Positions 1 through 14,226 of a DNA stretch of 64,000 nt are shown here, piece by piece. A program made the position numbers and the translations under genes. Under the pieces are notes generated by a model that saw only the letters and a list, made by a program, of their open reading frames with translations, made no database searches and was not told the origin of the DNA. Positions within the stretch are counted from its first letter, which is position 1; the number at the start of each line of letters is the position of its first letter. Origin of the DNA: the human T2T-CHM13v2.0 reference genome, Homo sapiens; assembly GCF_009914755.1 (NCBI RefSeq), contig NC_060926.1. One strand, 5' to 3'.

Positions 1-545
1 TTTTTTTTTTTTGGAAAACTTTTGATTAGAAAAATATTAATCTCTATGATTCAGATTTTTAACTTATTTTAATTCATCCTTTATTTTATTTCAGTTAAAA
101 CCAATACTAACTGTAAAAATGTTTTATTAAGGCAGTTATCTTAAGGTGCAGACCTGGAAATGCCACAGTAACTTATCAACAATTTGGAACCTGCGGCTAA
201 ACCACAGATCTAAATAAGGAAGATGTTGTGCCATACTTATCAATGGCTCCCCACTCCCTACAGGAAAATATGCTCACTCTCAGCACTACTTATAGGGAGT
301 TTCAGCCAAACTCATACCTACACCATAGCATCTCATTTGCAACTTCCCTACTTACCCTATATCATCACCATGCACAACACAATAAAGGCCAACGTCCTCA
401 AGCTATTTCATATTTCTGTGTTTTCACAGATGCTCTTTCTCATCCTGCAATGTTCTTCCCATTGTACACTACATGGAAAATCCCTCCTCATTATTTAAGG
501 CCCTATTCAAGTGGCTCCTGCACTCTGAAAACTTTCCTAACCTAC

Positions 546-1435
546 TGTTTTAGTCAGGATTCCAGAGAGACTGAACACATAAACATATATGTGTGTATAT
601 ATATACACACACACACATATATATGTAAAGGATATATGAGTGTGTGTGTATAAATTAACATATATATACATATATGTTAATTTATCCTTTATTTTTATAT
701 ATGTATTCATTTATTTTGAATATATTTATAGATTATTACAGGCATGCAAACATAAAGGTTAAATTCATGCTTATTTTAATTCTGCTGAAATATTTAAACT
801 AGTTTTATTGTATTCCTTCATATCCTGTCTTCTTTTCAGCCTTCTGAAAAATAGACTTTATTCAAAAAGTGAGACATTTGCAAGCTGATGAGTGTTATTA
901 AGTCAATATTAAAAATTCATTACTAATTAATATTAAAAATGTATGTAATATATTATATATATAATAGTCATATATATACACATACAAAAAGAGAGAGAGA
1001 GAAGAAGGGATTTACTAGGGTAATCGACTCACTTGATTATGAAGGCTGAGGAGTCTCAACATAGGCCATTGGTGAGCTGGAGAACCAGGGAAGCCAGTAG
1101 TAGGGTTTAGTACAAGAACTAACAAAGCCAGTGGTGTAATTCTCAGTCCAAAACTGAAGCCCTGAGATCCTGGGGGATGCTGATGCCAGTCTCAGAATCC
1201 AAAAGAGAGAGAACCTGGAGTTCTGGCATCCAAGGGCAGGAGAAGAACGGTGTCGCAGTTCCAGAAGAGAGAGAGCAGGAATCTGGCAAGCATTCGCCCT
1301 TTCTCTGCATGTTCGTTCCATTGGGCCCCCAGCTAACTGGATGGTGCTTGCCCACATGGAGGGCAAATCTTCCCCACTCCATCCACAGACTCACATGCCA
1401 ATTTCCAGAAACACCCTCACAGGCACATCTGGGGC
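546..1435 (-). mobile_element. MLT2-family (ERVL) solo LTR with internal microsatellite and an unrelated insert at ~690-945
   Basis: Begins TGTTTTAGTCAGGATTCCAGAGAGACTGAAC, then (TA/CA)n, then GGGATTTACTAGGG...GGATGGTGCTTGCCCACATGGAGGGC...CCAGAAACACCCTCACAGGCACA, as in recalled MLT2A/B consensus. Confidence 0.75.
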
Positions 1436-1558
1436 AGACCAGTCATTCTAATCAAAAGCAAAGCCACCAGGCTTTCTCTTTCAGCAGAAGGATGGGCTCA
1501 GTGCCTACTGAAGCATTGATAATTATTAATACAATAATTACAAATAAATAATTCTTCA

Positions 1559-1638
1559 TTAGGTTGGTGCAAGAGTAATTGCAGTTTTTGACATTAAAAG
1601 TAATGGCATTACTTTTTGACATTAAAAATTGCAATGAC
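1559..1638 (+). mobile_element. MADE1 (Hsmar1-derived MITE), right TIR truncated and rearranged
   Basis: TTAGGTTGGTGCAAGAGTAATTGCAGTTTTTGACATTAAAAGTAATGGCA matches the MADE1 left half. The terminal TTTTGCACCAACCTAA is absent. Confidence 0.85.
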
Positions 1639-1869
1639 AATTTCTAGCCCCTATTTTATTGTGTGTGTGTGCGTGCACATGTGTGTGTGTGTGTGTGCAT
1701 CTGTGTGTGTGTGTATCTGAGAATGCATTAAGGGACCAAATTATGTCCTTCATTTCTGTTTCTTTTATAACCATTACTATACTACACACATACATGGTAC
1801 TGAATAAAAGTTTGTTGAATCAATAATTGTTAAATGGAATCTAACAATGACAATTCTAGCCCCTATTTT

Positions 1870-1910
<41 letters not shown>

Positions 1911-2052
1911 ATGTGTGGGTGTGTACCTGTGAATCCATTAAGGGACCAAATTATGTCTTTCATTTCTGTTTCTTCTATAACAATCACTGTACGGCACACA
2001 TACATGGTACTGAATAAAAGTTTGTTGAATCAATAATTGTTAAATGGAATCT
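1632..2052. repeat. Two-copy tandem duplication, ~213-bp unit containing a (TG)n tract
   Basis: Units 1632-1844 and 1845-2052 share CAATGACAAT..CTAGCCCCTATTTTATT, CATTAAGGGACCAAATTATGTC and CACACATACATGGTACTGAATAAAAGTTTGTTGAATCAATAATTGTTAAATGGAATCT. Confidence 0.95.
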
Positions 2053-2235
2053 GTAAAAATATTTATACTTTCGTCAAACAAAATTGACTCAACTTCTTTT
2101 GAAGAAAACTTTTATTTTCATTGTCTTTATTGTGAAACTTACGGAACTTGATCATTCTTTCTTTTCTAATTGGAGAGGGATATTGGTGGTCATTTTCTAC
2201 ATGAAGAAAGTGAGATCCTTGGCTTAGGTCTTCAT

Positions 2236-4122
<1,887 letters not shown>

Positions 4123-4689
4123 CTAAAAAAAAATAGATTGTTAGTCTTTGTTGTTTTCCTTCTTTTCCATTTTGCCCTCTGATTGACTCATCTGGAAGTT
4201 CTTCTGTAGTTCTGATTTCCAGCCGTGGTTGTATTTCTTTTACTAACACTCCTTACTATATACACTTGACCTCTGTGTAAGAACCAACTGTCGGCTATGT
4301 AGCCACACCAACACTCTTCTTACTCTTTCTTTCCCATAAATAAAATATAATATTGAAAACATTTTTACTTTTTTACATCCACACCCACAGATGAAACTCT
4401 GGAAAGTACTTTATTTCTTCTGCTCCACTTCCATTCAGCAGGTTTTGCTGTGATCACTTAGAACATTTAGTTCCTTATAGCAGCTTGTGTCTTCTATTTT
4501 AAGAAATTATAGCTAGGACTGATTATATATTATCAGTCACTGTATCCTTACCCACCACTTACCACTGCATTTTTCTTTTCCTTTTCCTCTCATTGAGATC
4601 ACCAATCTGATTTATCTATTAGAGTTTGCTTGAATGTTGAGCTCTTATTAAATGTAAAGATATAGCCTATGAAGCTTACATACTCTCCA

Positions 4690-5250
4690 ATATTTTATTG
4701 CCAAGTGAAAGCTTTCTTACCTAGGTAGAATATTCTTTGGCTGAAGTCTATTTCTCTTGAGTTTATATTATATGCTTTTATAATGTCTAGGGTCACTGGT
4801 GAGAAATTTTTCTTTTCCTTTGTCTGTAACTTTAGCCTTGTGTGTGGCAGACTCAAAAATTCTTTAAATTTGGAGTTCAGGAATTTTGCCAGGATATACC
4901 TAGTTCTGTGTTCCACCAATCTTGCCCAGAATTTAATGAACAATTTTAATTTCCCGACTCAAGTGTTCCTTCACACCAGGGAAATTTCCTTCTCTATTTG
5001 TTTAATTACTGTCTCTCCTCCATCTGTTCCTTTTTTTTTCTTCTGAAACCTCTATTATTCACATGTTATGTCTTCTGTATCTGTTCTCAATTTCTCTTTT
5101 CTTCCACTTCATGATTTTCATCACTTGATATTTTTGCTGTGCATTTTGGAATATTCTTCTACTTGATTTCCCAGACCACTAATTCAAATCTTAACAGTGA
5201 TAATCCACTTCCTTTATTCAATCTTTAAATTTTTGGTTGAAAATCATGTC
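4690..5250 (-). mobile_element. Degenerate old L1M (ORF1-region) fragment
   Basis: T-rich sequence with L1M-like motifs (GGAAATTTCCTTCTCTATTT...TCTGAAACCTCTATTATTCACATGTT). Boundaries approximate. Confidence 0.45.
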
Positions 5251-5723
5251 CTTATACTTCCAATAAGTTATTCTTTGTGCTATTCGGAATTTTCAGTGAT
5301 AATAGATAGATAGAGAGATAGCTAATATATAGGTAGAAATATAGGAATAGACATAAATTTATGAAACTGGAAGTTTAGTATGTATATTTTTCCTGTACCT
5401 TTCCATGGTATTCGATATGCTTTTAAAATTACTCTTTAATGTTTGCCTTGAATTTTATTGTTTGACTACATCAAATTTATTAATAACTAAGCATTTAGTA
5501 ACCATTATTGAGCTTTTTGGCTATAAGTGTTTTACTCTGTAAAATTTTGCTGTGGCAATCCTTTCAGTTGTGCATATTCTAGAAGTTGAGATACAAATGT
5601 GTTAATATCTAGGGCTTGAGCCATATTTTGAGTAACTTGTTTTTTTTGGCTTCATTGTTTACTTTACGAAAAATTTCTGCAATAAAGGCATATTGCTTCT
5701 ATAGTAGAAAACTTGTTTTTGTC

Positions 5724-6051
<328 letters not shown>

Positions 6052-7542
6052 TTAAAAGCTTAAAGACAGAAAACAAAAACTAGTCTGTTTATAGTACAAA
6101 TATAGCTTCTTTGATGTCTACGTATTTCTCAACTCTCTAACCATCCACCCTTTCCTCTTCTTTGATTACTTACCTCTATCATTTGTATGTATTTATATAA
6201 TTTCTTTATAATAAAATTTCCTTCAAGGGAAGGATGATTTTATTCATTTACGTATATCTCACAATGTTAAAACATTGCTTTGAAAAATGCAGATAAACAA
6301 AAAATGAAAAATTAATGGAAAAAAGTCATTGGTTTAAGTTCCATTACTAATACTCTGCTCAATTTCCATGCTAATTTTACCATTCAACATAGGTAAAATT
6401 TAAAACCAAGATAATTTTTAGCAACATGAACCAGGAAAGTAAATTCATATATTCATTCATTTTTCCATTCCTTATTTATTAGTTAATTCATCAATCATTT
6501 ATTTAGCACTAATTATTCTGCCGAACCTCAGCTTGGAGCTAACTATCCTTTGCTCTTCTTTTAAAATAATAAATGTCCCAAAGGCATTCTTTCTCTCCCC
6601 TTACACTTTACTGGCTTGGTCTCAACTGGTAATGGTAAACATGTCCCATTTTACTCATTCAATTCATTTTTAAAGTAAGAAATGTTTCAGTTCTATTGTT
6701 GAAATAGCGTTCTATCTTCTATTGCATGACAGATATAACTATATTGTTTCTAAGAAAAAGAATGTCCTGATTTGGTATATATGATGCTTGTTATTTAATA
6801 GATTAGAAAAAAAAAATTAATCTTTCTGTTTACTCATTTCCACCTTCATCAACCCTCCAAAAAGAGTGGTACTTTGGGACAATATTAACTTTTGTGAAGT
6901 CAGCAGAGAAGTGTTAGAAAAATCCTTTAGCCTCAGAGTTTGAAGCTATAATCAATTTGGCTAAGTGTACAAAATAGAAAACAGCCTAAATCCTGCCATC
7001 AATTGTGAGCTGCAATGTTATTCCTGTGTGCAGACAGACTGAACAAAATATCATAAGGACTGTGAATAGCCTCAAGCCTTGTAACAGTGATGCTGACTAA
7101 TGTGAGGCAAATGCTGCCAACAGATTATGGACGAGCAAAATCTTACAGGTAACTGAATTTTAGTACTCAAAAGTATATCGCTATTTTAATGAATATCTTT
7201 GCACCCCAGTTTGCATGTGGTATTTTCCTACCTAAAGAGCAATCAATCAAGCTGATGGACAAAATACAACTCATGGGCTATCGAGGCATCAGTTTTAGCC
7301 ATTTGATTTTAATAATCTCCTCAGTTTCTTAAAATCAAAGTCAGGAAAGGTTCACATAGTAAACCTTTGTAGTATGAGGCAACAAATAGAAATAAGCTCT
7401 ACTAAAGGCTACTCAGTAAGCATATTGATTATTTTGTTTGCCTTTCCAGGCTCAATAATCTAAAGAGAAATTATGTGTTGGATTCCTGAGACAGCTGTCA
7501 TTTGCGTTGGATGCATCAAAAACAAAACAAATGAAACTATCA

Positions 7543-7885
<343 letters not shown>

Positions 7886-10039
7886 TCATATCTTACTAGA
7901 GAATGACAAACATGTAATTAACGTGGGTCAAAGTCTTAAAAAATCTACTAATTCTGTGCAGCATGATACTGGAACTGACATAATTATGTCTCACTAAGGA
8001 ATAAGTGAACTTCTTAGCTAGGCTAAAGAAATGTTCTACAATACCTCACTCTGGATTATCTCTTTGATTAACTCACTATCTTACGTTCTTCTAGTGGGTT
8101 CTCTGTTGGAATGGTAGGTGCTTCATATCAGTGAATTAGACTAATTGAAAATAATTTCCAGACTCTAGGTTTAGAGTAGCTCGGAATTCAGATTACAGAA
8201 TTCTGTACAGAATTCCATTACAACTCTAATTATACATCAAAACGCTTCTTGCTTTCTGTTTACTCTGCAAGTTAACCCTCTTTCAACTTAGGAATTGTCT
8301 CCATGTTCACTGCTGAAGTCCTTGATGTCTTTCCCAACTGTGCTTCTGTGGACAGGTGCCGAATTACCTCCATGTTTCCCTCCCACCTGCAGAAGAGGAG
8401 AAGTTCTGTAGCCCCTTGTTTTGTGATTCTGATTGAAAAGTTTTCCCAATAAAATGGAAGTTATAACCTTATTAATATGAGTGTAACTCTATCAAATTAT
8501 CCTTTTTTGACTTTAACATTTAAATTTTCCCCCTTTTTATATCCATGGCTGCATGTCTAGGTTAAAGTTATTTTGTTTGCAAGTAGCAAAAACCCACTCA
8601 GGTTAGCTTTAATAGAAATGGAAAATGTATGATAAAACTAAACCTGTAGCTCATGGACTTTATGGGGGTGGGGAGGTATTTAGGTCAGCCTTTGGGGAAA
8701 AAGGACCAAAAAGACATCAGGAATTAAGGCAGCTCCTCTGTTTCTCTGGCTATCTTCATTCATTTCTTCCCTGTCTTGCTTTCCTTCTCCCCTCACTCTT
8801 TAAAGCTGTGGAGTCTTTCAAATCTGATTGATTCAGAGTACCTTAAATTCTGCTCTTCTGCCTGAAGTCTCCCTGCTCCTCTTTTATGTGGGGAAAATGT
8901 CAGTCCAACTGCTTTGTAGTCATGAATTTTAGTATAGAAAAAAAGCCAGAATTAACTAGTATTTCTATATCTCAATTAAAAATTCATGCTCTATCCAGGT
9001 GTCTAAACCAATTGCAGATAGCTATGTCCAGGACAATGAATTCACCCAGAGCAATCACAGCTGCCAGGACCCCCACTGAGAGCTTGGTAGATGAATGGAA
9101 AAGTCTTTATTACACTATCTAAAAACAAGCCAAAAATATTTTTGCAGTGATTTAAGATATAAGCACTCCTGGTCCATGAAGGAAAAAAGAAGGAAAAGAA
9201 ATCATTTCTAAAACCGCTGCAGTCAAAAAGGTATATTAATGCAAGTCACTTTTCAGACCTTGAATTTATACAAGGATAGCTTTATAGCTTCTTTGGGAAA
9301 AATTCCTAACTAAGCAGTCTGTTGAAGTAGAGGGCTAGTATGTAATATTGGGGATCTTGTGTTTCACATACAGAAATAGATGCAGAAAGAGTGCAGGGAA
9401 AGTAAATTGTTTCTTCTTTTTGAAGAGTCTTGAACTCAAATTAGGGTGTGATTAGATATACATATTTGATATATCAAGAGAAACATTAGTTAGTTTAAAG
9501 TAAAGTGCTAGGTAGTATGATATGAATTACTAGGGGCACTAGAAAACAATTACTAATGTAGACTGCCATAGTGAAAATAATTTCTTTTTGAAGACTAGAC
9601 TGTTTCTGGGCCTTTTGAATGTATATTGGAACGTAGGAAGAAAAGATAGGTGGGGAAAAAGAGGACCAGAATTATAAAGATAGAAAGAAAAATTGCTTAG
9701 AGAATGACTAAAAGAGACAATAAGTTACTATCAGAGAAAATTTTGAAAGGGCAAGCATGTTGTCAAATAAAATATACTGATTACACAAGCAAATGTTTAA
9801 GTTGATTCCTTTCTAAAACAATTTGAAAGAAATTGTTCTTAGTAGATTAATGTGACAACTTTTTTGACATCTAAACATTATAACCTAAGATATAAAGTGC
9901 TGACAATATTATTTCTGTTATTATCAACAGAAGTCTAGGAATGGATAATCCATAATTTTCAGAATAAGAAATTGATACATTACTGTTGCTAAAATAGATT
10001 TAATTTTTTACTACAATCCCTAGAAAATTATAAATGAAT

Positions 10040-11210
10040 TAATTTATTCAACAGAGAGATGGTAAGCACTTAGAAAAGAATGTAGTTTCTACAGAACAAG
10101 CAAAGTTAGCCTCATGTTTAATAAGATTACTGGACAAGAAAATAAGGAAAGTACTGTAATATAATGCATCCTGATCACAGCAAAAACAACAAAAAAATGA
10201 TGGTGGCATAACAATATTTAGATAAGTCTATCTATCAATCTTAGTAGTAAACACAGAATCTAATTCTGGATATTTTTTAAAGAAAAAAATGTAAAGGATA
10301 ACTTTAAAAAGAGCCTATTAAAAGGAAACCACTTTTTCTAACAGGCTAGGTCATATATCAAAATTACAGGGAAGGATTGTGCATCAGGTTGGAGGTTCAG
10401 GTGCCAGACATCTAGCCCAAAGCCAAAGGACAGATATATTCTTCTGAGGATCATCTCACCAGCAATACTGATCATATGACAGAGTTCTCGGTGTTTTAGT
10501 TAGGGAATACAATATTGCCAAGTGCCTAAAAATATGAGCAGTGAGATGAGAGAGTTCAGGCTTCCCATCTTCTTTGTAGTTATGTTATTTTGTAGTTTAT
10601 GTTACCTTGGGTAAATTCTGGTTTCCTTGTGTGTTTCACATAAGTGAAGTACCCACGTAAGATGGCTGTTATATAAATAAACTGCTTAACATAGTAGTGG
10701 CTGCCCAATAAGTAACCAGGAGGAGGAGGAGTATAGTTGTTAATTTACTCAATTTTGACCAGCAGAGCTGCAGGGCTGGGGGATAATGATCTTAGTGCTA
10801 ACATCCATTCCTGGTCCCTAGAAAAGGAAGAGTAATTCCATTATTCATTGTACTGCCTAGGTGATATATATAGCACTGTGTTCAGTCCTGTCTGTTATAT
10901 TTTAGGAAGAATTTTGAAACCTAGGTATTTAATATTTGATATTTGGAGGAATTTCATGTAGAAATAAGGTAAAAATTCATCTGCATAGTTTCGTACATGA
11001 GAGTGGGAACTAATGAGTTGGAATTACAGGGACATAGATTTCAGATCATATAAGAAACAACTCCCTAATGAATATGGAAATAGGGTGCTCTTTCATCTCC
11101 AGAAAGGAATAGAGTGACTTTCTTTGAAGTAATGAGAACCACAGACATCTTCAAGCAAAAGTTAAATGAGTATTTTTAGTGATATTATGGGGTTCCTGTA
11201 TTTTGTGAAA
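10040..11210 (+). mobile_element. Scattered L3/CR1 LINE fragments with an intervening MIR piece (~10590-10700)
   Basis: AGATGGTAAGCACTTAGAAAAG, CACTGTGTTCAGTCCTG and TAGATTTCAGATCATATAAGAAAC resemble recalled L3 consensus. Highly diverged. Confidence 0.45.
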
Positions 11211-11381
11211 TTTTTAAAAGCCCCTAGGATCTTTTCCCATGATGAATGAATTGGTGTGTTAACCTACCTTGAAAAACAAATTATACAAGTTAACTTTGAA
11301 AAGAGGGAGATCAGTACAGCAAATTGCCAACAACCAAGTTGGTAATATAACCAACTTACATTCAAAAATCTACTCTGTAAT

Positions 11382-11528
11382 GATAAATGTTTTGATGGTG
11401 ATAGAAATGCTAATTACCCTAATTTGATCATTACACATTGTATACACATATTGAAATATCACTCTGTATCCCATACATATGTACAATTGTTATGTGTCAA
11501 CTAAAAGTAAAAGGAAAAAATAAAAATA
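11382..11528 (+). mobile_element. Short L1MA-type 3' end fragment with TSD
   Basis: TAATTACCCTAATTTGATCATTACACATTGTATAC...CACTCTGTATCCCAT plus A-tail. TSD AAAAAT(C)TACTCTGTAAT at 11364-11381 and ~11529-11545. Confidence 0.85.
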
Positions 11529-12740
11529 AAAAATTACTCTGTAATATACCAAATACCCTTTCTCCTACTTAACAAAATTCTACTAATGCTGCAAGAAAAA
11601 TAATGACAAAATCAAGCTACCCTAAAAATCTTTGTTGCTTAGGTGGCCAGCTTTGGAGTTTTGTGTTAGCAAGATTGAAAGACATATTTTATAAACATTT
11701 TACACATACCAAAAAATCAACAGTGAATCTTTCAGTTCCCTCAGAAAAACAGAAAATAATGTCAGAAATCAAATGATATAACTGAGGCTTTTAAAGTTAG
11801 GAGCAATTTATAAAAGTTGATATTCATACTAAATTTTACTGCTCTCAAATTGCAGCATAATGGTATACCTTAAGGAATAAAAAATGAAATAATAAAGGAA
11901 TTTAATTTTTTTTTAGTAACCTTCTAAAAAAGACAAACTCTTTTTCTCATGAGAAAAAAAAATAAAGAAATGTGATTTCAGAGAGGAGCTGAAAAGACTA
12001 TGTTTCCTAATCAAAATGCCAAGGTAAGCTATGGGTAGTGTGAAATTAGCATTCTATTGATTTTGAAACAATTTCCTTTTCATGTGGAGAAAACATATGT
12101 GAAGATGAAGTTGATTTAGCATAGGTAGAACATCATTTTCTTCTAAACCATTTGTAAGGAAATGTACTTAAATCTAAGCATATTTAGTTAAATTCTAGAC
12201 AGAAACATGCCAATTTCATCTACCAATCTACTAATCCAGGAGAAGCTAGATCTCTGCAAAATGGAAGCAAAGATCACAGGAATCCAGGGAGCAACAAAGC
12301 AGTGCACTGTAGAGTTAAAGAGATGATGACATGTGCAGTTTGCGGCTTCAATTCTCCACTCAGAAACCCTTTCACCTTGCACGATCTCTGTTTTCCTCCA
12401 GCCTTTTTTCCCTGAAAAATGAAGAAAAAATATCTTTTGATTACATTGTATCTCTATAAAGATATTGGCATACTGTAAATTACTATGCAAGAATGAGAGT
12501 ATTATTATTTTAAGTAATTGCAGAATAGAAGCCTCAGAGGTACACGTTGGTTAATGGAACAATTCTCTGAAGCTGATTTCCGTGTTAGGAATGCAAGTGC
12601 TCAGAATTTCAGACACACAAAATGGTTAAAGTGAAAAACAATAATTTATCAAACTTGCCAAAGTTAAATTCTAAACCTAGCATTAATATTTTTATTATCA
12701 TTTTAGTGCATCTGGCAAGTATTGGGAAAATGGAAATTAG

Positions 12741-13163
<423 letters not shown>

Positions 13164-13811
13164 TAGAACAATTTCAATCCTGTGGTAGATTCTGCATATG
13201 TATTATTTCAACAAACTTTAAAAATCATACAATTATGCTCATTTTGGAATGGAAGAAACAGGTTCAGAGTAACTGTGACTTGCCTACAACACAATTAGTG
13301 AGAAAAAGAAATGAGTTTTATTTCAGGCCTGAGTTAATTCAAAATCTAAGTTTGTATTACTGGTTTTTTTTTTCAAAATATGATGGTATCTTCATAACCA
13401 GCATATGGATCTTCTGATGACTATATAATACAATATTAAAAAGATAATTTGCTTCTCTGTGACTCAAGCTTTGCATCTTACCATTCCTGAAGACATCCTT
13501 GATCATATTTAGCCCTGGACAAAATGGCCTGTTTTCTACCTTTTTCTTAACTGCCCATAAAAAAAATACAAAAGAATCACTAATTATTATTCTAGAATAA
13601 AATCTACAGTCTCGAATTGCTGAGTTACGAAGAGCTTTAGGCCCAAAGATACAGTATTGATCATTAAAAATATTGATGAATGTGTCCACCAAGGCATAAG
13701 AAAATTTGAAGAGTTAAAAAATGGGGGATAATATAGTTCATAACCAAAAGAAGAACAGAGATATAAAGAAGATATAGACAGGCTGTCTAAGACAACGGAC
13801 AATCTTGGGGT

Positions 13812-14226
13812 TGTCAAAAGACAAAATCACAACATACTTAGTAACATATCTAATTGGCTTTTATTTGTGACTCATAAATCATGGCACCATCCTGTTCTGT
13901 AAAACAAAATGATGTTCCCACTTGGAAAGACCAGAACAGTGAGTTTTGACAGGTGGAAACAAGGAAACAAAACAATAGAAAATAAAAAAGTGGTTAACTT
14001 CAAATTACTTCAGGCTAGTTTTTTAAGGGCTAAGGCAGAGGGGACTTCCTTATTATACTGACTCAGGTACTGGAATCTCCTGTTTTCAGGAAAACTAGTC
14101 TGCCTTAAAATTGCAGTTTGCTTATGAGGCACTTAACATGAGTGGCTCCATTTTGTTTTGGTCCTGTCTGTTGGGGCCTAGTGCAGGGGCTCAGTCCAAG
14201 ACAATGGCCTCTCATTTTGTTTAACA
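13812..14226 (-). mobile_element. MER31-like ERV1 solo LTR
   Basis: TG...CA termini, perfect 4-bp TSD GGGT (13808-13811, 14227-14230), and CTGTTGGGGCCTAGTGCAGGGGCTCAGTCCAAGACAATGGCCTC typical of MER31. Confidence 0.85.

Noticed and set aside
223-653. Overlapping 91- and 141-aa ORFs
   Set aside because: No recognisable domain. They run through probable L2 remnant, MLT2 and microsatellite sequence.
1559-1638. miR-548-like hairpin gene
   Set aside because: The right TIR is missing, so the long MADE1 hairpin cannot form.
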